Source: Eledone cirrhosa
Taxonomy: Eukaryota
Reading direction: 5' to 3'
Assembly: GCA_964016885.1 (NCBI GenBank)
Contig: CAXHJY010000262.1
Location: 76,621-140,620, forward strand
Length of the DNA: 64,000 nucleotides
In this document: piece after piece, positions 38,280-53,199 of the stretch
How the letters are laid out: every line of letters begins with the position of its first letter
How positions within the stretch are numbered: the stretch's first letter is position 1
The notes under the pieces: generated by a model
Seen by the model: only the letters and a program-made list of their open reading frames with translations
What the model was told of the DNA's origin: nothing
Database searches by the model: none
Position numbers and translations under genes: made by a program

Positions 38280-41200
38280 CAAATTCTCCCTTTTTCTCTC
38301 GGATTTTCAATAAATATCATACATGTTTTTAATAATATGTCTCATTCTGTTGGACCCTTCCTAAAAACTAATCTTCTCCTAAAGTTACCCATTACCCACC
38401 CCTCAGACACCACCATTGCTATATGGCCCAATCATAACTCAGCAGCTTATAGTAAGTTCTCTAACAAATCAGTATAGCAAAGCTACCACCTCAGTTACTA
38501 CTCCTTAAATTTAGACTTGTTTGATGGGTGGACTGCAGAATTTGGAAAGTCTAAGCACTCAATGACAATGTCACAGATAAAGATAAATTCTACTCCCGCT
38601 GCAGGATGACCAACATAATTCCGTCTCCCACACCTCTCCCTGCCCCTCCATCCCACCCTCCCAACTTCAGAGTTGGTACCATGAACGTAGGCACATTGAA
38701 AGGTTGCTCAAATGAGATTGTAGAGCTGCTTGACCGTAAAGAAGTTGATGTTTGTTGTATTCAAGAGACTAGGTGGAGAGGTGGGTCTGCCAGATTCATC
38801 GTGGGTAAAAAAACGATGCTATAAACTTTTCTGTGTGGGAAATGACAACGGACTGGTGTAGGAATTGTTAGCTGAAAAATGGGTAGATAAGGTAATTGAC
38901 GTAAATAGAGTGAATGACAGAATAATTAAAATAAGACATAGTGATGGCTATGATGGAATCCATGGAGGCTATGGGGTTGGAAATAGAAATGAGGAAGGCT
39001 CCAGGATCCTGGAATTCTGTGACGCAAATAACCTAACTATCTGTAACACAAACTTCAAAAAACGAGAAAACCACTTGATCACCTATAGATCAGGGGAACA
39101 CGCCAGCCAGATAGATTATATCCTTACGAGAAGACGTAACAAAGTGTCTGTTGTAAACACTAAATCCCTTCGCTGTGAAGAATGCACCTCCCAACATAGC
39201 CTAGTAGTTAGTGACCTCATAGTCAGAAATAGACATATTCGATGACAGAGGAGGCCTACCTTGAGGAGAAGAATATGGAAGTTGAATGACCCCATAGCCA
39301 TTGACAAATTTAAAAGCTTATTACTTGATGCCTTTGACAATAAGGAAGAGCAATTAGAGACGTGCAATATAGAGGAACAGTGGCAAATCTTGTAAGTGAA
39401 CCTGCTGAAAGCAACGGGTGAAATCTGTGGCTGGAGTAGACCTATTGGCAGGAGGAGAGTAACTTGGTGATGGAACAGTAAGGTGGAAGAGACAATCAAG
39501 GCCAAAATGCAGGCTTGGAAAGTATGCCAGGATAGAGGAAGTAGAGAACACTATCAAGTGGCCAGGAGAGAAGCTAGGAGACAAGTGTACCTTGCAAAAA
39601 GGGAAGCAGAGGATAGAAAGATCAAGCATTTTCTAGAACAAGAGGACAACAAACGTGAGGTGTTCAGGATTGCTAGACAATGTGTCAAGGAAAACCATGA
39701 TATTGTCGGGGAGAAGTGTGTCCGTAATGATAAAGGTGTACTTGCCCTCACTGATGCTGATAAGAAGATAACCTGGAAGTGTCACTACGAGAGACTATTA
39801 AATGAGGAGAATAAATAGGAAAAAGATAGTCTGCCCCAAATCGATCCAATAGCTGGACCAGTGGTGCAAGTTAAAAGTAGTATAATAAGTAAGGCAATCA
39901 AAGATATGAAGACAGGCAAGGCATCTGGGCCTTCGGAGATAGTTGCTAAGATGTTGAAGGCATCTGGAATGGTGGGACATACTATGGTCACCCGTATAGT
40001 TAACCAAGTAATACAGAATGGGGTCATACCAAAAGACTGGCATAGCAGCATCATCATTAACTGCTACAAGGGTAAAGGGAATGCTCTAGATAGGGGAAAC
40101 TATAGAGGCATTAAGTTAGTTGACCAGGTCATGAAGGTCACAGAAAGAGTTATAGCGCAACTAATCAGAGAGCGAATTGATCTAGATGAAATGCAGTTTG
40201 GGTTTGTGTCAGGTAAAAGTACCACAGATGCTCTTTTCCTTGTACGACAACTACAGGAGAAGTACCTAGCTAAAAGTAAACTCCTTTACTTAGCTTTTGT
40301 AGACCTGGAGAAAGCCTTTGACAGAGTCCCCTGCTCCATTATCTGGTGGGCTCTTAGAAAACTAGGTGTAGATGAATGGCTTGTGAGAGCTATACAAGCT
40401 ATGTATAAAGAAACAGTCAGTAAGGTTAGAATTAATGAATATTGTGAAGAATTTAGTGTAAAAGTTGGTGTTGATCAAGGCTATGTCCTTAGCCCCCTCC
40501 TATTTATTATTTCCCTTCAGGCTATAACAGAGGAGTTCAAGACCATCTGCCCATGGGAACTCCTATACGCAGATGATCTAACTCTCATAGCTGAATCTAT
40601 GGCTGAACTAGAGAAGAAATTCCAAACATGGAAGCATGGCCTAGAATCAAAAGGCCTTAAATTTAACTTGTCTAAGACTAAAGTTCTAGTTTGTAGAAAG
40701 GAAAATAGGGCGCAGGTGCCCTCAGGGAAATGGCCATGCTCAGTATGTAGGAAAGGAGTAGGCAGAAATTCCATTTTATGTTCCAAATGCAAACTAAAAG
40801 ATGTGGGATCACAGGTAAACTATCTAAGAACATAGACTTTATATGAGGCCGATGTTCAGATGTCATAGGTAGCAAGTGTTCACAGGATACTAGCTCCTTC
40901 TATTGCCCAGATGGTTCTATAGAAATAGTGGACACTTTCCGTTACCTGGGTGACGAAATCAGCAGTGGTGGAGGGTGCTCTGAAAGTACAGTAGCTAGAG
41001 TCAGAACGGGATGGAAAAAGTTCAGAGAGCTTATACCGCTAAAGATTTCTCTCTAAAAATGAAAGGCAGATTGTATGATGCCTGTATACGAACAGCAATG
41101 CTACATGGCAGTGAGACATGGGCATTACGTGCAGAGGACCTGTGCAGACTGGAAAGGAACGAAGCATGCATGCTCCGTTGGATGTGTAATAGTAATATAC

Positions 41201-41850
41201 GTGAACGGCAAAGCATAAATGAACTAAGTGAGAAATTAGGAATAAGAGGGATCAGATGCTGTTTACTTGAGAGAAGACTACGTTGGTATAGTCACGTGAT
41301 GCGCATGAAAGATGACAGCTGCATAAAAAAGTGCAGGGCGATCAAAATTGATGGTAGTTACTGAATAGGTAGACCCAGAAAAACCTAGGACGATCTGCTA
41401 AATTCCGACCTTACACACACCGCTCTAAGACAATGTCACTGGACCGAGACCTTTGGCGCTACACAGTAATACAGAAGACCCGCCTTGCCTATGTACAAAG
41501 CGAAACCTACAGTCAGTAGCCACCTCTTAACCAAATATACACCCCAATCCACTACCCCTACCCTATCCTACCACTCCCACCAACACCACCCTCTCTCTGT
41601 AAAGTTGGTACCACAACATCCAGTCCAAATAAATGAGATAATGAGATCGTGATCGTGTAAAGAGTTCCCAGTTCCACACTGTAAATGTGGTTGGTGTTAG
41701 GAAGGGCATCCAGCCGTAGAAAACCTGCCAGATAGTCCTATACGAGCGAGACACAGTCACCCGACCAACCTTGCCTCAAGTGGAACACCTCCCGTCTAAC
41801 CCATGCTAGCATGGAAGATGGACATTAAACGAAGATGATGATGATGATGT
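38280..41850 (+). mobile_element. Near full-length degenerate RTE LINE
   Basis: APE pieces 38606-39245, RT 39861-40835, C-terminus 41011-41364; many stops; (GAT)n tail. Confidence 0.93.
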
Positions 41851-41899
41851 ATATACATATTATAGATACAATATGGACAGTATATATTATACACTATAT

Positions 41900-42462
41900 A
41901 CGATGTCCAAGAGAAAGGCAATGGCTGATACAGCTTGGCACCAGTGATATCACAGCATATATACTTTATATACATATATGAACAATATATATACACTATG
42001 TACAGTATATATAAACTATACACATAATATATACACTGTGTACAGTATCTATACACTATATATGATGTCCAAGAGAAAGGTAATGGCTGATACAGTTTGC
42101 CACAAGTGACATCAAAACATTTATATATACCGTATATCTACACTATATACATATTATACACTATATATGCTGTCCAAGAGAAAGGCTATGGCCGATACAG
42201 CTTGGTACTAGTGACATCACAGCATATATATACACTATATATATTATACAGTATATATATACACTATATATATATGTCCAAGAGAAAGGTTATGGCCGAT
42301 ACAGCTTGGCACCAGTGACATCACAACTCATTTCTACAGCTGAGTAAACTGGAGCAACGTGAAATAAAGTGTCTTGCTCAAGGACGCAACACATCACCCG
42401 GTCCGAGAATTGAACTCACCACCTTTTAATTGCAAGCCCAATGCTGTAACCACTAAGCCATG
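41900..42462 (-). mobile_element. SINE family 2 with a tandemly repeated 3' segment
   Basis: Head at 42340-42462; gtccaagagaaagg..tggc.gatacagcttggcaccagtga repeated ~4 times; paralogue at 54445-54850. Confidence 0.75.
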
Positions 42463-42829
42463 ATACGTTCCAGACGCAACCGTGATATATGGAGACCATA
42501 AAGACAACCGGTCTTTCCATAGTTTAAGCCTTAAAATACCTCTCATACACGCTTTAAGTACATATAAACTCATTAAAACACACTTTTGTATTTAAACACA
42601 AAAAAACAACCAGTAACGATCGTATAGAAACCACCAACCATTGTACACTAGTTACCAATTAGGACCATTGCCAGCCACGGTAGCCACTTGGTAATACACT
42701 ACACATCTCCCATCAATCTATGAAGGGTTTGTAGTAGATTAGAGAAAAACACAATCAGTAAAACAGTAATGGAATGAAAAATAAAAACATTTGTTCATAA
42801 TTAAAGCCTTACGATATACACTTTAATAA

Positions 42830-43030
42830 CATTGAAACTTATTTAATAAGTTTAAAATTTAAACACTTTTCATTCAGACGTACCGCGATAAGAAAATAGA
42901 TATGTTCTAACGAATAATCCGCGATGTGGCGAGGATTACCGCGATAGGAAATTAGATACGTTCCAAAGATATATCCGCGATGTAACGGGACTGCGAAAAG
43001 TGAACCGCGATATAGCGGGGGTTTACTGTA
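42830..43030 (-). mobile_element. Tigger/pogo-like DNA transposon end
   Basis: Minus strand TA cagtaaacccccgctatatcgcggttcac; paralogue at ~55000-55207. Confidence 0.55.
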
Positions 43031-43387
43031 TATATACACACACACAACATATATCTATCTATATACACTCATAATATTTATTCTGATTTTTTACTTTAAT
43101 ATGTTGTATGAGGGTGCGACAACTGTTTCTTGTTTGAGGTTGTTCCAGTGGTTGAAATATAGACGGAGGTATTTTAAATAATAAAGACAGTCATGATAAC
43201 AATATATTTTATATTACATGTAACACTGGAATCTACTGATTGAAAAATAACACATCAACATTTCAGTTTGGAAGGTTTTTTTCTAAATATAAAAGTGGAG
43301 GAAGAAATATATTTTTCCAATGTTTTATATATATTTTCACTTGTATATAATTACTGGATCGCTGTAGGGTTCAAATAATTATATTAT

Positions 43388-43570
43388 TTTGGCAGTATCA
43401 GTAGAGAGTCGGACGCCATGCTTTCCACCATAGTTACGTCCCTTTACGGTCTGAGTTCAAATCGCGCCGAGGTAACCTTTGCCTTTCATCCTTACGGGGT
43501 CGATAAAATAAAGTACCAGTAATGTACTTGATTATTGCTGGCCTTGTGCCAAAAGTAGAAACAATTAATA
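43388..43570 (+). mobile_element. SINE family 1
   Basis: ctgagttcaaatc..gcctttcatccttacggggtcgataaaataaagtaccag; absent from the paralogous position near 55450. Confidence 0.85.
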
Positions 43571-44392
43571 TAGACATTAAGTAAATCTTTGTCAACTTAC
43601 CTCCTTCACATATAATCAATGTGTTGTGTTGTTAGTTTTTACTAAACAACCAAAGAAATAATCTCTTTGTCATCAAATTAGAAGTTTCAAAGATGTTATC
43701 AGCTTTATTTCACGACATTAACGTTGGTGTATCTTCTTCATCTTTAGTCATAAATTGATATCTTGTCAGAAAGAAGTAGTGAGGCTGACTTTATGTCTTT
43801 AGCTATAGATTTGATAGGAAATATATATATATATTATGTTGATATGTGGTCTAAAATATATATATTGTCTGTAATTGATTGATAGCAGATGTTCTGGTGA
43901 AATAGTAGTTTTACTACTACAGATTGTAATGGAACTCTTAATAGACACAATTGTAAAGTAAGAATAGATATGACAGTGAAAGACTGATGTCGGGGAATTA
44001 AAATTGTGTATATATATATATATATATAATTGTTACACAAGATATAATTAGATTAATTAAAGTTATAATGAAGACAGCAGGTACCCGGTATCTTTGGAAA
44101 TGATTTAACTCCCTTACTGGTGTCATACGTTAAAAGTCCCTGATATAATTTAATACCTTCAGACACACAGTTCCAATGGTATTTAATTTATTGTAAATCA
44201 GAAAGTATCACTCAATAAAAATATCAATTATATATCTACGTAGTCTCTCACCCCGCTAGAAATAGCAGTGAAATTATCCATTACAGATTTTTTTCTTTAA
44301 ACTCTTACGTTTAGTTAAACAATAACAAGCAAGTCTTTTGTTCAGACTTCAGAGTAAGCTCGAAAACCGCCAGAATATCATCCTTCTTCTTG

Positions 44393-44443
<51 letters not shown>

Positions 44444-47400
44444 CATACATGACTTTTAACGGTCTGAAAAATGAAAGTAAATTTATTTTCATTTTCGAAT
44501 GTCGTGTTTACATATATATAATATATATAATATATATAATTGTTTCTACTTTAGGCACAGGCCAGCAAATTAACCAGTGCATTACTGGTACTTTATTTTA
44601 TAATATATATATATATAAGAAAGGCGCATGGCTTAGTGCTTAGAGCATTGGGCTTGCAATCGAAAGGTTGTGAGTTCAATTGTCGGCCGACCGGGCACTG
44701 CCCACAACACGACAACCCATCTAACCCATGCTAGCATGGAAGAACAGACGTAAAACGGTGACGATGATGATGATATATACACGTGTATATTCATACATTA
44801 TACATCATCACAGTTTAAGTTCCATTTTACAAGCTAGCATGGGTCGTACGAGTTGTCCTGTTGTGTGAAAAGTTAGATCAAATGACCATGTCTGGCTCAT
44901 GCAAGAAACATTTCTGGCTTGATTTCTATGGTTGGATGCCCTTCCTCACTCCAACCACATTTACAGGGAGGACTTGGCATTTATTGTTGTGTTGTTAACA
45001 TGACCAACCTACAGGGTGGACTGGGTGCTTTTTGTTGTGTTATCATCATGACAACCACCACCTAACAGAGCAGACTGGGTGCTCTTTGTCATGTCACCAA
45101 TTTGACCACTTTGAAGGGTGCTTCGGGTCCCTTCAGTCTTGCCACTAGCATGACCACTTTACAGAGTGGGCTAGGGGCCTCCTGTCATGTCTAACTCACA
45201 GTGTGGACTGGGTGCTTATTTGTCATGTCACCAGCATGACTACCTTACAGGGAGGGTTAGGTGCTCTTTGGTCATGTTACCTAACAGAGAGGACTTGGTA
45301 CTCTTTTGTCATGACACCTGCACGACCACCTTACAGGGTTGTCTGAGGGCTTTTAGCCATTTAAGCAGCATTGGGGGGAGAGCATGTCAAACTTTCCATA
45401 CTTGTATACATGGGTTGGTCAAGAGAGGTGTATCAAATGTGAAAGTGGGGGTGGGGTAGTGTGTATGTTGGGTGGGGATTGGAGAGGTAGGTCAGGGTGG
45501 TGTACTTAGCTGGTAAGGGTGTGAAGTGTTAAGATGTGGGGAGGAGGAAAATTGGTGCATACTTCAAACCACTAAATGTTGCTTCATCCCGTGCACATTG
45601 GAATGCAGGTCTCCTGCAGTACTGTATAACGCCAGAGATTTCAATCCTGTGTCATCACCTTTGAGAGGTACAATGGTGTCAGGTCAGTTTTTACCTTCTC
45701 ATCCCAAGCTTTCCAAGGTCTTCCTCTTCCATCAATTTCAAGAGGTCAACCTTTTATACAGCATCTCTACTTTCATACACATCACATGTCAATACCACAG
45801 CAGTCTCCTCTCCTGTATACTGTATCTTATCCCTCTCCTGCCCAGGTTCTCTCTCAGTTTAGTTACACTTTGCTCTTCATGTATATTAATATTACACATC
45901 CGTTGAATTCAAGCTTCATTTCTTTCCAATCTTCAGAGGTCCTCTGCACACACCGCCCAGATCTCACTGCAATGCAGCATTGCTGTTCATATGCAGACAT
46001 CAATTTGATGAAACAACCTTTTTGTAGCTAGCAGTAGTAGTAGCACCCTAAACCTTTGCCATCTTGTTCTTACTCTGGTTACTGTACTTTCAGAACACCT
46101 ACCTACACTGCTATTTTGGTCCCCCAGATAACAGAAACTGTCAACTGCTTCTATGGAACCCATTAAATGTTTGATAGAGCTTGTCTCCTAAACGCAATTG
46201 CAGCTTACTGCTCCAGTGCAATGACCCCTTGTAAAATCTACGTTCTTAGCTAACTCACCATGTATCCCACTAAATCTCTTGTGTACACATAGTCTATTTA
46301 GAGTAAATAATGTTTCATACACATAACATGTATGTGTGACCATTTGGTTTCCAAGTCCACTTATGGCCACCACTGTTTAATGGGGTGAGGCACTTCCAAA
46401 CAGACCCTTCATTAGGCATGCTGACAAATATTAAAAGGAAGTTCTTTCCTCCAACAATTTTCACCCCAAACAGACGAGAGTTTCATATTGTCAAAAAGGG
46501 AGGTAAATCTTTAGTGGTGGAATTGTCAGGCTTAATTAAGTATGTAATTAGACATACATAGAAGTGGTTGATAGCTTTTGCAATCTAGGTGACTTAATTA
46601 GCAGGGAGCTGCCCTGAAAGATGAATAGCTAGAATAAGGATAGGATGGAAAAAGTTTAGAGAGCTACTGCAACAGTTGACCACAAAAGGTTTCTCTCTCT
46701 GTACAAAAGGACAACTGTATGACACATGTGGGTGATGTTCAATGATGAATGGTAACGAAACAAAGGCTGTGACTGCAGAGGATATGTAGACTGGAGAGAA
46801 ATGAAACAACCATGCTTTGTAGGATATGTTATGTAAGTGTGAGAGAAAGGTAGAACTTGGACAAGTTCAAGAAGATGGGTTTAAGAGTGATCTGAAGTGG
46901 TGTGTAAGAGAGAAGTGTGTTTGTACGGACATGGGATGAACATGGATAATGAACACTGGGTGATGAATTGCCAGAAAATCCCAGTAGAAGGAAGCCATAG
47001 TAGAGGTAGACCAAGAAAGACCTGGACAGAGGCAGTGTGAACAGACTGCGAATAACTGACTCTCACAGATGACACGTGTTGAAAGATGCCATGTTGAGAA
47101 GGACATGTCCAAACCAAGGAAGGATGGAAAAACCGACATAAAAAGAGTGATGATGTTGATGAAGATGACGTACATATACACACATACATAATCAAATACT
47201 TATATACAAACACATATACAAATATATATATGGACACAAATTTCTACACACATACATTCACATATATATAACATATGTAAATTCTGAACCATATAGTTTT
47301 GTCAGCACAAGTCTTGGTTACAATTTCTACAAATAAAATGAAAGGAGAAGAAATTCTTAGTAAAACAGTTTTATTCAAAATATTCACATTGGTGGCACTA

Positions 47401-47716
47401 TTTTAGGTCAGTGACATGGCTTTTATCAAATTGTGTTGCATTAAGTAATCTTTATAAGAGAACGATTTACCACAGACGTCACAGTGATATAGTTCCTCTC
47501 CTGTATATGTTAGTGTCTAATTAAACCACAACATTTAGAGAAGGATTTACCAAATATATCAAAGTGATATGGCTTCCCAGCTTGTATGTCTATGTTTGTG
47601 TGAAGTTAATGTGGCATTCAAAGAGAATGATTTCTCTCAGATGTCACAATGATATGTATTTGTATTCTCATTAATTCACAAATTTGAGAGAATGATTTAT
47701 CACTGATGTCAATGCG

Positions 47717-48739
47717 TTATGATTTCTCTTCTGCATGTGTAAGTTTGTGAGTAGTTAGGCTACTTTTCCTAGAGAATGATTTACCACAGATATCACAGTG
47801 ATATGGTTTGTCTCCTGTATGGGTACGTTTGTGGCTAGTTAAGCTACTACTTACAGAGAATGATTTACCACAGATCTCACAGCGATATGGCTTGTCTCCT
47901 GTATGTATACGTTTGTGTCTAGTTAAGGTACTACTTTCAGAGAATGATATACCACAAATATCACATTGGTATGGCTTGTCTCCTGTATGTGTACGTAAGT
48001 GAGTAGTTAAGTGACTAATTTGAGAGAATGGTTTACAACAGATATCACAGTGATATGGCTTCTCTCCCGTATGGGTACGTTTGTGGCTAGTTAAGGTACT
48101 ACTTCCAGAGAATGATTTATCACAGATATCACAGTGATGTTGCTTTTCTCCAGTATGTATACGTTTGTGGTTAATTAAGGTACTACTGACAGAGAATGAT
48201 TTACCACAGATATCACAGTGATATGGCTTCTCTCCTGTATGTATACGTTTGTGCTTAATTAAGTTACTATGTACACAAAATGATTTACCACAGATATCAC
48301 AGTGATATGGCATCCCTCCTATATGTATACGTTTGTGCTGAATTAATTCACTACTTCGAGAGAATGATTTATTACAGATATCACAGTGATATGGCTTATC
48401 TCCTGTATGGGTACGTTTGTGGCTAGTTAAGGCACTACTTTGAGAGAAAGATTTACCACAGATATTGCACTGATATGGTTTCTCACCTGTATGGGTACGT
48501 ATGTGGCTAATTAAGGCACTACTTTGAGAAAATGATTTACCACAGCTATCACATTGATATGGCTTATCACCTGTATGTATACGTTTGTGAGTAGTTAAGG
48601 TACCACTTTGACAGAATGAATTACCACAGATATCACAGTGATATGGCTTCTCTTCTCTAACCTTCATCATCTCACAAGGAATACTAAACACTTTAGATTG
48701 TGTTTCACATTTAATCTTCTCACTCAATTTATTTTCCAT
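47717..48739 (-). CDS. Tandem C2H2 zinc-finger protein, 11 fingers, ~340 aa
   Basis: Intact ORF from ATG 48739 ([16 protein letters not shown]) to HAEEKS-stop; paralogue of 34075-35607. Confidence 0.92.
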   Translation of the reverse strand: MENKLSEKIKCETQSKVFSIPCEMMKVREEKPYHCDICGNSFCQSGTLTTHKRIHTGDKPYQCDSCGKSFSQSSALISHIRTHTGEKPYQCNICGKSFSQSSALTSHKRTHTGDKPYHCDICNKSFSRSSELIQHKRIHIGGMPYHCDICGKSFCVHSNLIKHKRIHTGEKPYHCDICGKSFSVSSTLINHKRIHTGEKQHHCDICDKSFSGSSTLTSHKRTHTGEKPYHCDICCKPFSQISHLTTHLRTHTGDKPYQCDICGISFSESSTLTRHKRIHTGDKPYRCEICGKSFSVSSSLTSHKRTHTGDKPYHCDICGKSFSRKSSLTTHKLTHAEEKS

Positions 48740-49399
48740 AATGATTTCTTCTTCAACAGAATATACAAATGTTTTACTCAACTGTGTTCAGTTAATATCT
48801 GAAGATAATACAAGCTTCTTTTTCATTTAGTTAAAACACAAAACCATCTTATAGTGAAGAAAATAACTTAGTTCTGAAGAAATATTTCACAGTATTTCGA
48901 CGACAGATTTATATAAACAGTGTTATATAAGTTCTGTTAAAAAAGTTGTAGTCTTAAAATGATGATAAATAGAGGTGATGTATCCAAGATTGAAAATAAT
49001 AATTTATCCAAATTTCATCTGATATTCTGAAATAAGAAAGAAACAGTATGAGATAATACAGAATACTTTAGAAGCAGAGATAGATTTAACAGTGGAAATT
49101 TTATATTTCTATATTGGTAAACTGTAGATATCAACTTTCCTGTCCAGAGTAATTCTCTCCAATGTAAGCAGTGTTATTCAAGCATGCACTATAAATTTTA
49201 TCCTTCTATCTCTTCGGAGGTCTGCTCTATGGCAGTTTAGCAAAAAATTCATTCTTATAGGACTTATAAGAAATAAGCAGTATGAGATGATAGAGAATGC
49301 TTAAAATACAGGGATAGATTTAACAGTGGAAATATTACATTTTCACCACATTTCCGAGTGTCAAAGACGTTACTTTTTCCCTAATATAAGTCTCAAAAA

Positions 49400-51733
49400 T
49401 CTGTTTGCTGTCCCAGCACAGCTGCTGCATGTGAAGCCTACATTCTTAATTAAGCTTCCTGAGATCCCGCTACATCTCTTGTGTACCCATTGTTTGCATT
49501 TGGGGCAGAGAATGGAGTTCCTACCTACACCTTTCCTACATACTGAGCAAGGCCATTTCCCTGAGGGGATCTGGGTTCTGTTTTCTTGTCTACTTACAAG
49601 GACCTTAGTCTTTGTCATGTTGACTTTGAGACCCTTTCTTTCTAGTCCCTGCTTCCAGGTTTGGAATTTATTCTCTAGTTCTACCATAGATTCAGCTATG
49701 AGTGCGAGGTCATCAGCATACAGGAGTTCCCATGGGCATCCGGTCTTAAACTCCTCCGTTATTGCCTGCAGGACTATGATGAACAGGAGAGGGCTAAGAA
49801 CAGAGCCCTAGTGGACAGCAACCTGTACGTTAAATTCCTCGCTAATCCTAACTTTGCTGACTGCTCCCCTATACATGGCTTGTACAGCTTTCACAAGCCA
49901 TTCATCTGCTCCTAGTTTTCTAAGAGCCCACCAGATTACAGCACGTGGAACTCTGTCAAAGGCTTTCTCGAGATCAACGAATGCCAGGTAGAGTGGCTTA
50001 CTTTTAGCTAGGTACTTTTCCTGTAACTGCCTCACAAGGAAGAGGGCATCAGTGGTGCCTCTTCCTGGTACAAACCCAAATTGCATCTCATCTAGTTTCA
50101 CCCGGTCCCTAATCAACTGTACTATAACTCTTTCTGTTACTTTCATGACCTGGTCCATCAGCTTTATACCTCTATAGTTTCCTCTATCTAGTGCATCACC
50201 TTTACCTTTGTAGCAGTTGACAATGATGCTACTGCACCAATCTTTTGGTATGACACCTAGTATTACCTGGTTAACAATACGTGTGGTTATAGTGTGACCT
50301 ACAGACCCAGATGCCTTCAGCATCTCGGCAGCTATACCCGATGGACCGGTTGCCTTCCCCATCTTCATATCTTTGATTGCCTTACTTACTACGCTGCTGC
50401 TGACTTGTACTGCTGGCCCCTCTATAGGGTCTACTTGGGGTAGGGTCTCTTCTTCCCATGCATTCTCCTCATTTAGTAATCTATCATAATGACTCTTCCA
50501 TGCATCTTTCTTCTCAGCACTTGTGAGGGCAAGCTCACCTTTATCATTTCAGATACACTTCTCTCCAATGACATCACAATTCTCTCTGACACACTGCCTC
50601 ACAATCTTGAACACCTCCTGTTTCTGGTCCTCACGTTGTAAAACATGCTTGAATTTTCTATCCTCTGCTTCCCTCCTAGCTAAGTCTACTTGTTGCCCTA
50701 GCTTCCCTCTTGGTCTCTATGTAATGTACCCTGCTCCCCCCGTTCTTCCATTCTTTCCATGCCTGTCTCTTGGCCTTAACTGCCTCATCTACCTTATTGT
50801 TCCACCACCAAGTCACTCTCCTCCTGCTTGTGGTCTTACTCCAGCCACAGACCTCATCCGTCGCCTCTAGTAAGTTATTTTTTAGGAACTCCCAGTGCTC
50901 TTCTACATTGAATGTCTCTATCTGTTCTTCTCTACTGTCGTAGGCGTCGAGTAAAATATCTTTAAATCTGTTACTGGCTGAGGGGTCTTTCAGCTTCCAG
51001 ATCTTTCTTCTCCAAGTGGCCTCTGTTTCCAGGTTCGTCTAGTTCTGACCGTGAGGTCGCTGACAACTAAGCTATGTTGGGAGGTACATTCCTCACTAGG
51101 GAAGGCTTTTGTGTTTACGACCGTCCATCTGTCACGTCCTCTGATGCGGATAAAATCTATCTGACTAGAATGTTCCCCTGATCGATAGGTGATCAGGTGG
51201 TTGTCGGGTTTTTTGAAGTTTGTTACATATTGATATGTCATTGGCGTCGCAGAATTCTAGAAGTCTGAATCCTTCCTCATTTCTTGTGCCAACCCCGTGG
51301 CCTCCATGGACTCTATTGAAGCCGTCACAGTGTTTACCTACGTGTCCGTTAAAATCTCCTGCGATGATTAGGAAGTCATTGTCGTTTGTTAGAGCAGTAG
51401 TGTGCATTAGGGACTCGTAAAATCTATCCTTAAGTTCGTCTGGCAACCCCGATTGGGGTGCGTAAGCTGATATTATTGTGGTAATTGTTTTATCCAGGAC
51501 TAGTCTGAGTTTAATGATTCTTGCATTTACCCTGTGCACTGAGATTACTTTATCTACCCACTTGTCAGCTAGTAGTATACCTACACCACCTATCCCATCG
51601 TCATTTCCCACCCAGAAAAATTTGTAGCACTGACTTTTTCCTACAAGGACTCTAGCAGACTCTCCTCTCCATCTAGTCTCTTGCACACAGCATACATCAA
51701 TTTCCTTTCGCTCTAGCATTTCTACGATTTCTC
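49400..51733 (-). mobile_element. Internal RTE LINE fragment (subfamily A; APE through PHD finger), disrupted
   Basis: ORFs 51165-51719, 49808-50368 and 49370-49687; near-identical to the 13.4-15.5 kb copy where they overlap. Confidence 0.93.
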
Positions 51734-52408
51734 CTGCTCACATATGTCACATAATATCGAATCTATGAGATTTTGATATTATTTACATTGAGAACAATAC
51801 CTTAACATCAGTATGAGTGGCCAATTACGGCTGTTTTAAAAAGAAAAGGCGGACAAAATTCTGGCCAGTTATGGCCAGTTTAAATGTTAAAGGGATAAGC
51901 AACTTTCAGTGGATAATGTTCCAATTTCCTCTCTTTGATATTAAATTTTGATTTTGATTAAAAAGTTTTCTAAGTCGTTTTCAAGCATTTTATAAAATTG
52001 ATGGAAGATGTGAAGTAGGGAGACCTTGTTTGAGGTGATAAAAACTGACCTCACACAATTGCACTTCTCAAAGACAATGACACAGGATCGAGATCTTTGG
52101 CGTTATACAGTAATATAGAAGGCCAGCCATCCCTAGCATTGGTATCAATGACTCCCACATGGACATCAATACACATCTATATATACACACATTACTATAT
52201 ACACACCTAACATATCGAAGAACCCCGTCAGTCACGAATGACCATGTGATTTGCAACTAGAAAGTTCCCCTCTGAAGCACAAGTCTGGTTGTTTGAGGAA
52301 GACCAGCAATCACCCAAGTATACCAGTCTGTCTACCCTCTCCACGCCACCGATGTTGTCCAAGGGAAAGGTAAGGGCTGATACAGCTTGGAACAATACTA
52401 CATATATA

Positions 52409-53197
52409 TACGATGTGTGTCCGAAAAGTTCCAGGACTGATGTCACAAAAGATTTATTTCAAACCCAAACTTCACACTAAGAGATCTTCAAAGTCCCCTG
52501 AAGTCTGTAACTGTAATCTTAGCTCTCTGCAGCGATCAAACTTTTTTCTTCATAATTTTATATACATGTCCTCTGTTTCAGGTCATTAAGCAATGAGCAC
52601 AGAGCAACGAACAAACTTGAAAACTCTGTCAGAAACACTGGGATTGCTGCAGCAAGTGTATGGAGATGAGACGATGTCACGCTCACGTGTTTTTGAGTGG
52701 TGCAAGAGGTTTAAAGAAAGATGCGAGGACGTGGAAGATGACCCCAAGGGCGGAAGGTCCTCAACAACCAGGACTGAAGTCAACATTGAGCGCGTCAGGC
52801 AGATGGTGCGTAGCGATCGTCGGATGATTGTTCGCCTGATGGCAAATGAGCTGGGCATGAATTGGGACAGCGTCTGGAAGATTCTTACTGAAGATTTGGA
52901 CATGCGGAAAGTCTGCGCGAAGATGGTGCCAAAACTGCTGAACGATGACCAGAAGGGTCGACGCATGCAAGTGTGCCAGGACATCCTCGAGCGTCTTGAA
53001 ACTGAACCAGACTTGCTGGGGACAGTCATCACCGGTGATGAGTCATGGATCTTTGAGTACAACCCGGAGGGGACCCGTTTTGAAGATGTGGACGACACCA
53101 AAAAGGCTGTGACGACGGAACTATAGAGGGTCCCGGAAGAATCCTTCCAGGAGTGCATGCAAGCGTGGTAGAAAAGGATGGAAAAGTGCATTAGACT
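52409..53197 (+). mobile_element. Internally deleted mariner transposon
   Basis: ORF 52593-53126: QVYGDETMSRSRVFEWCKRF, GGRSST, CAKMVPKLL, VITGDESW; TA plus mariner-like left TIR; most of the catalytic domain and the right TIR missing. Confidence 0.9.
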
Positions 53198-53199
53198 TT

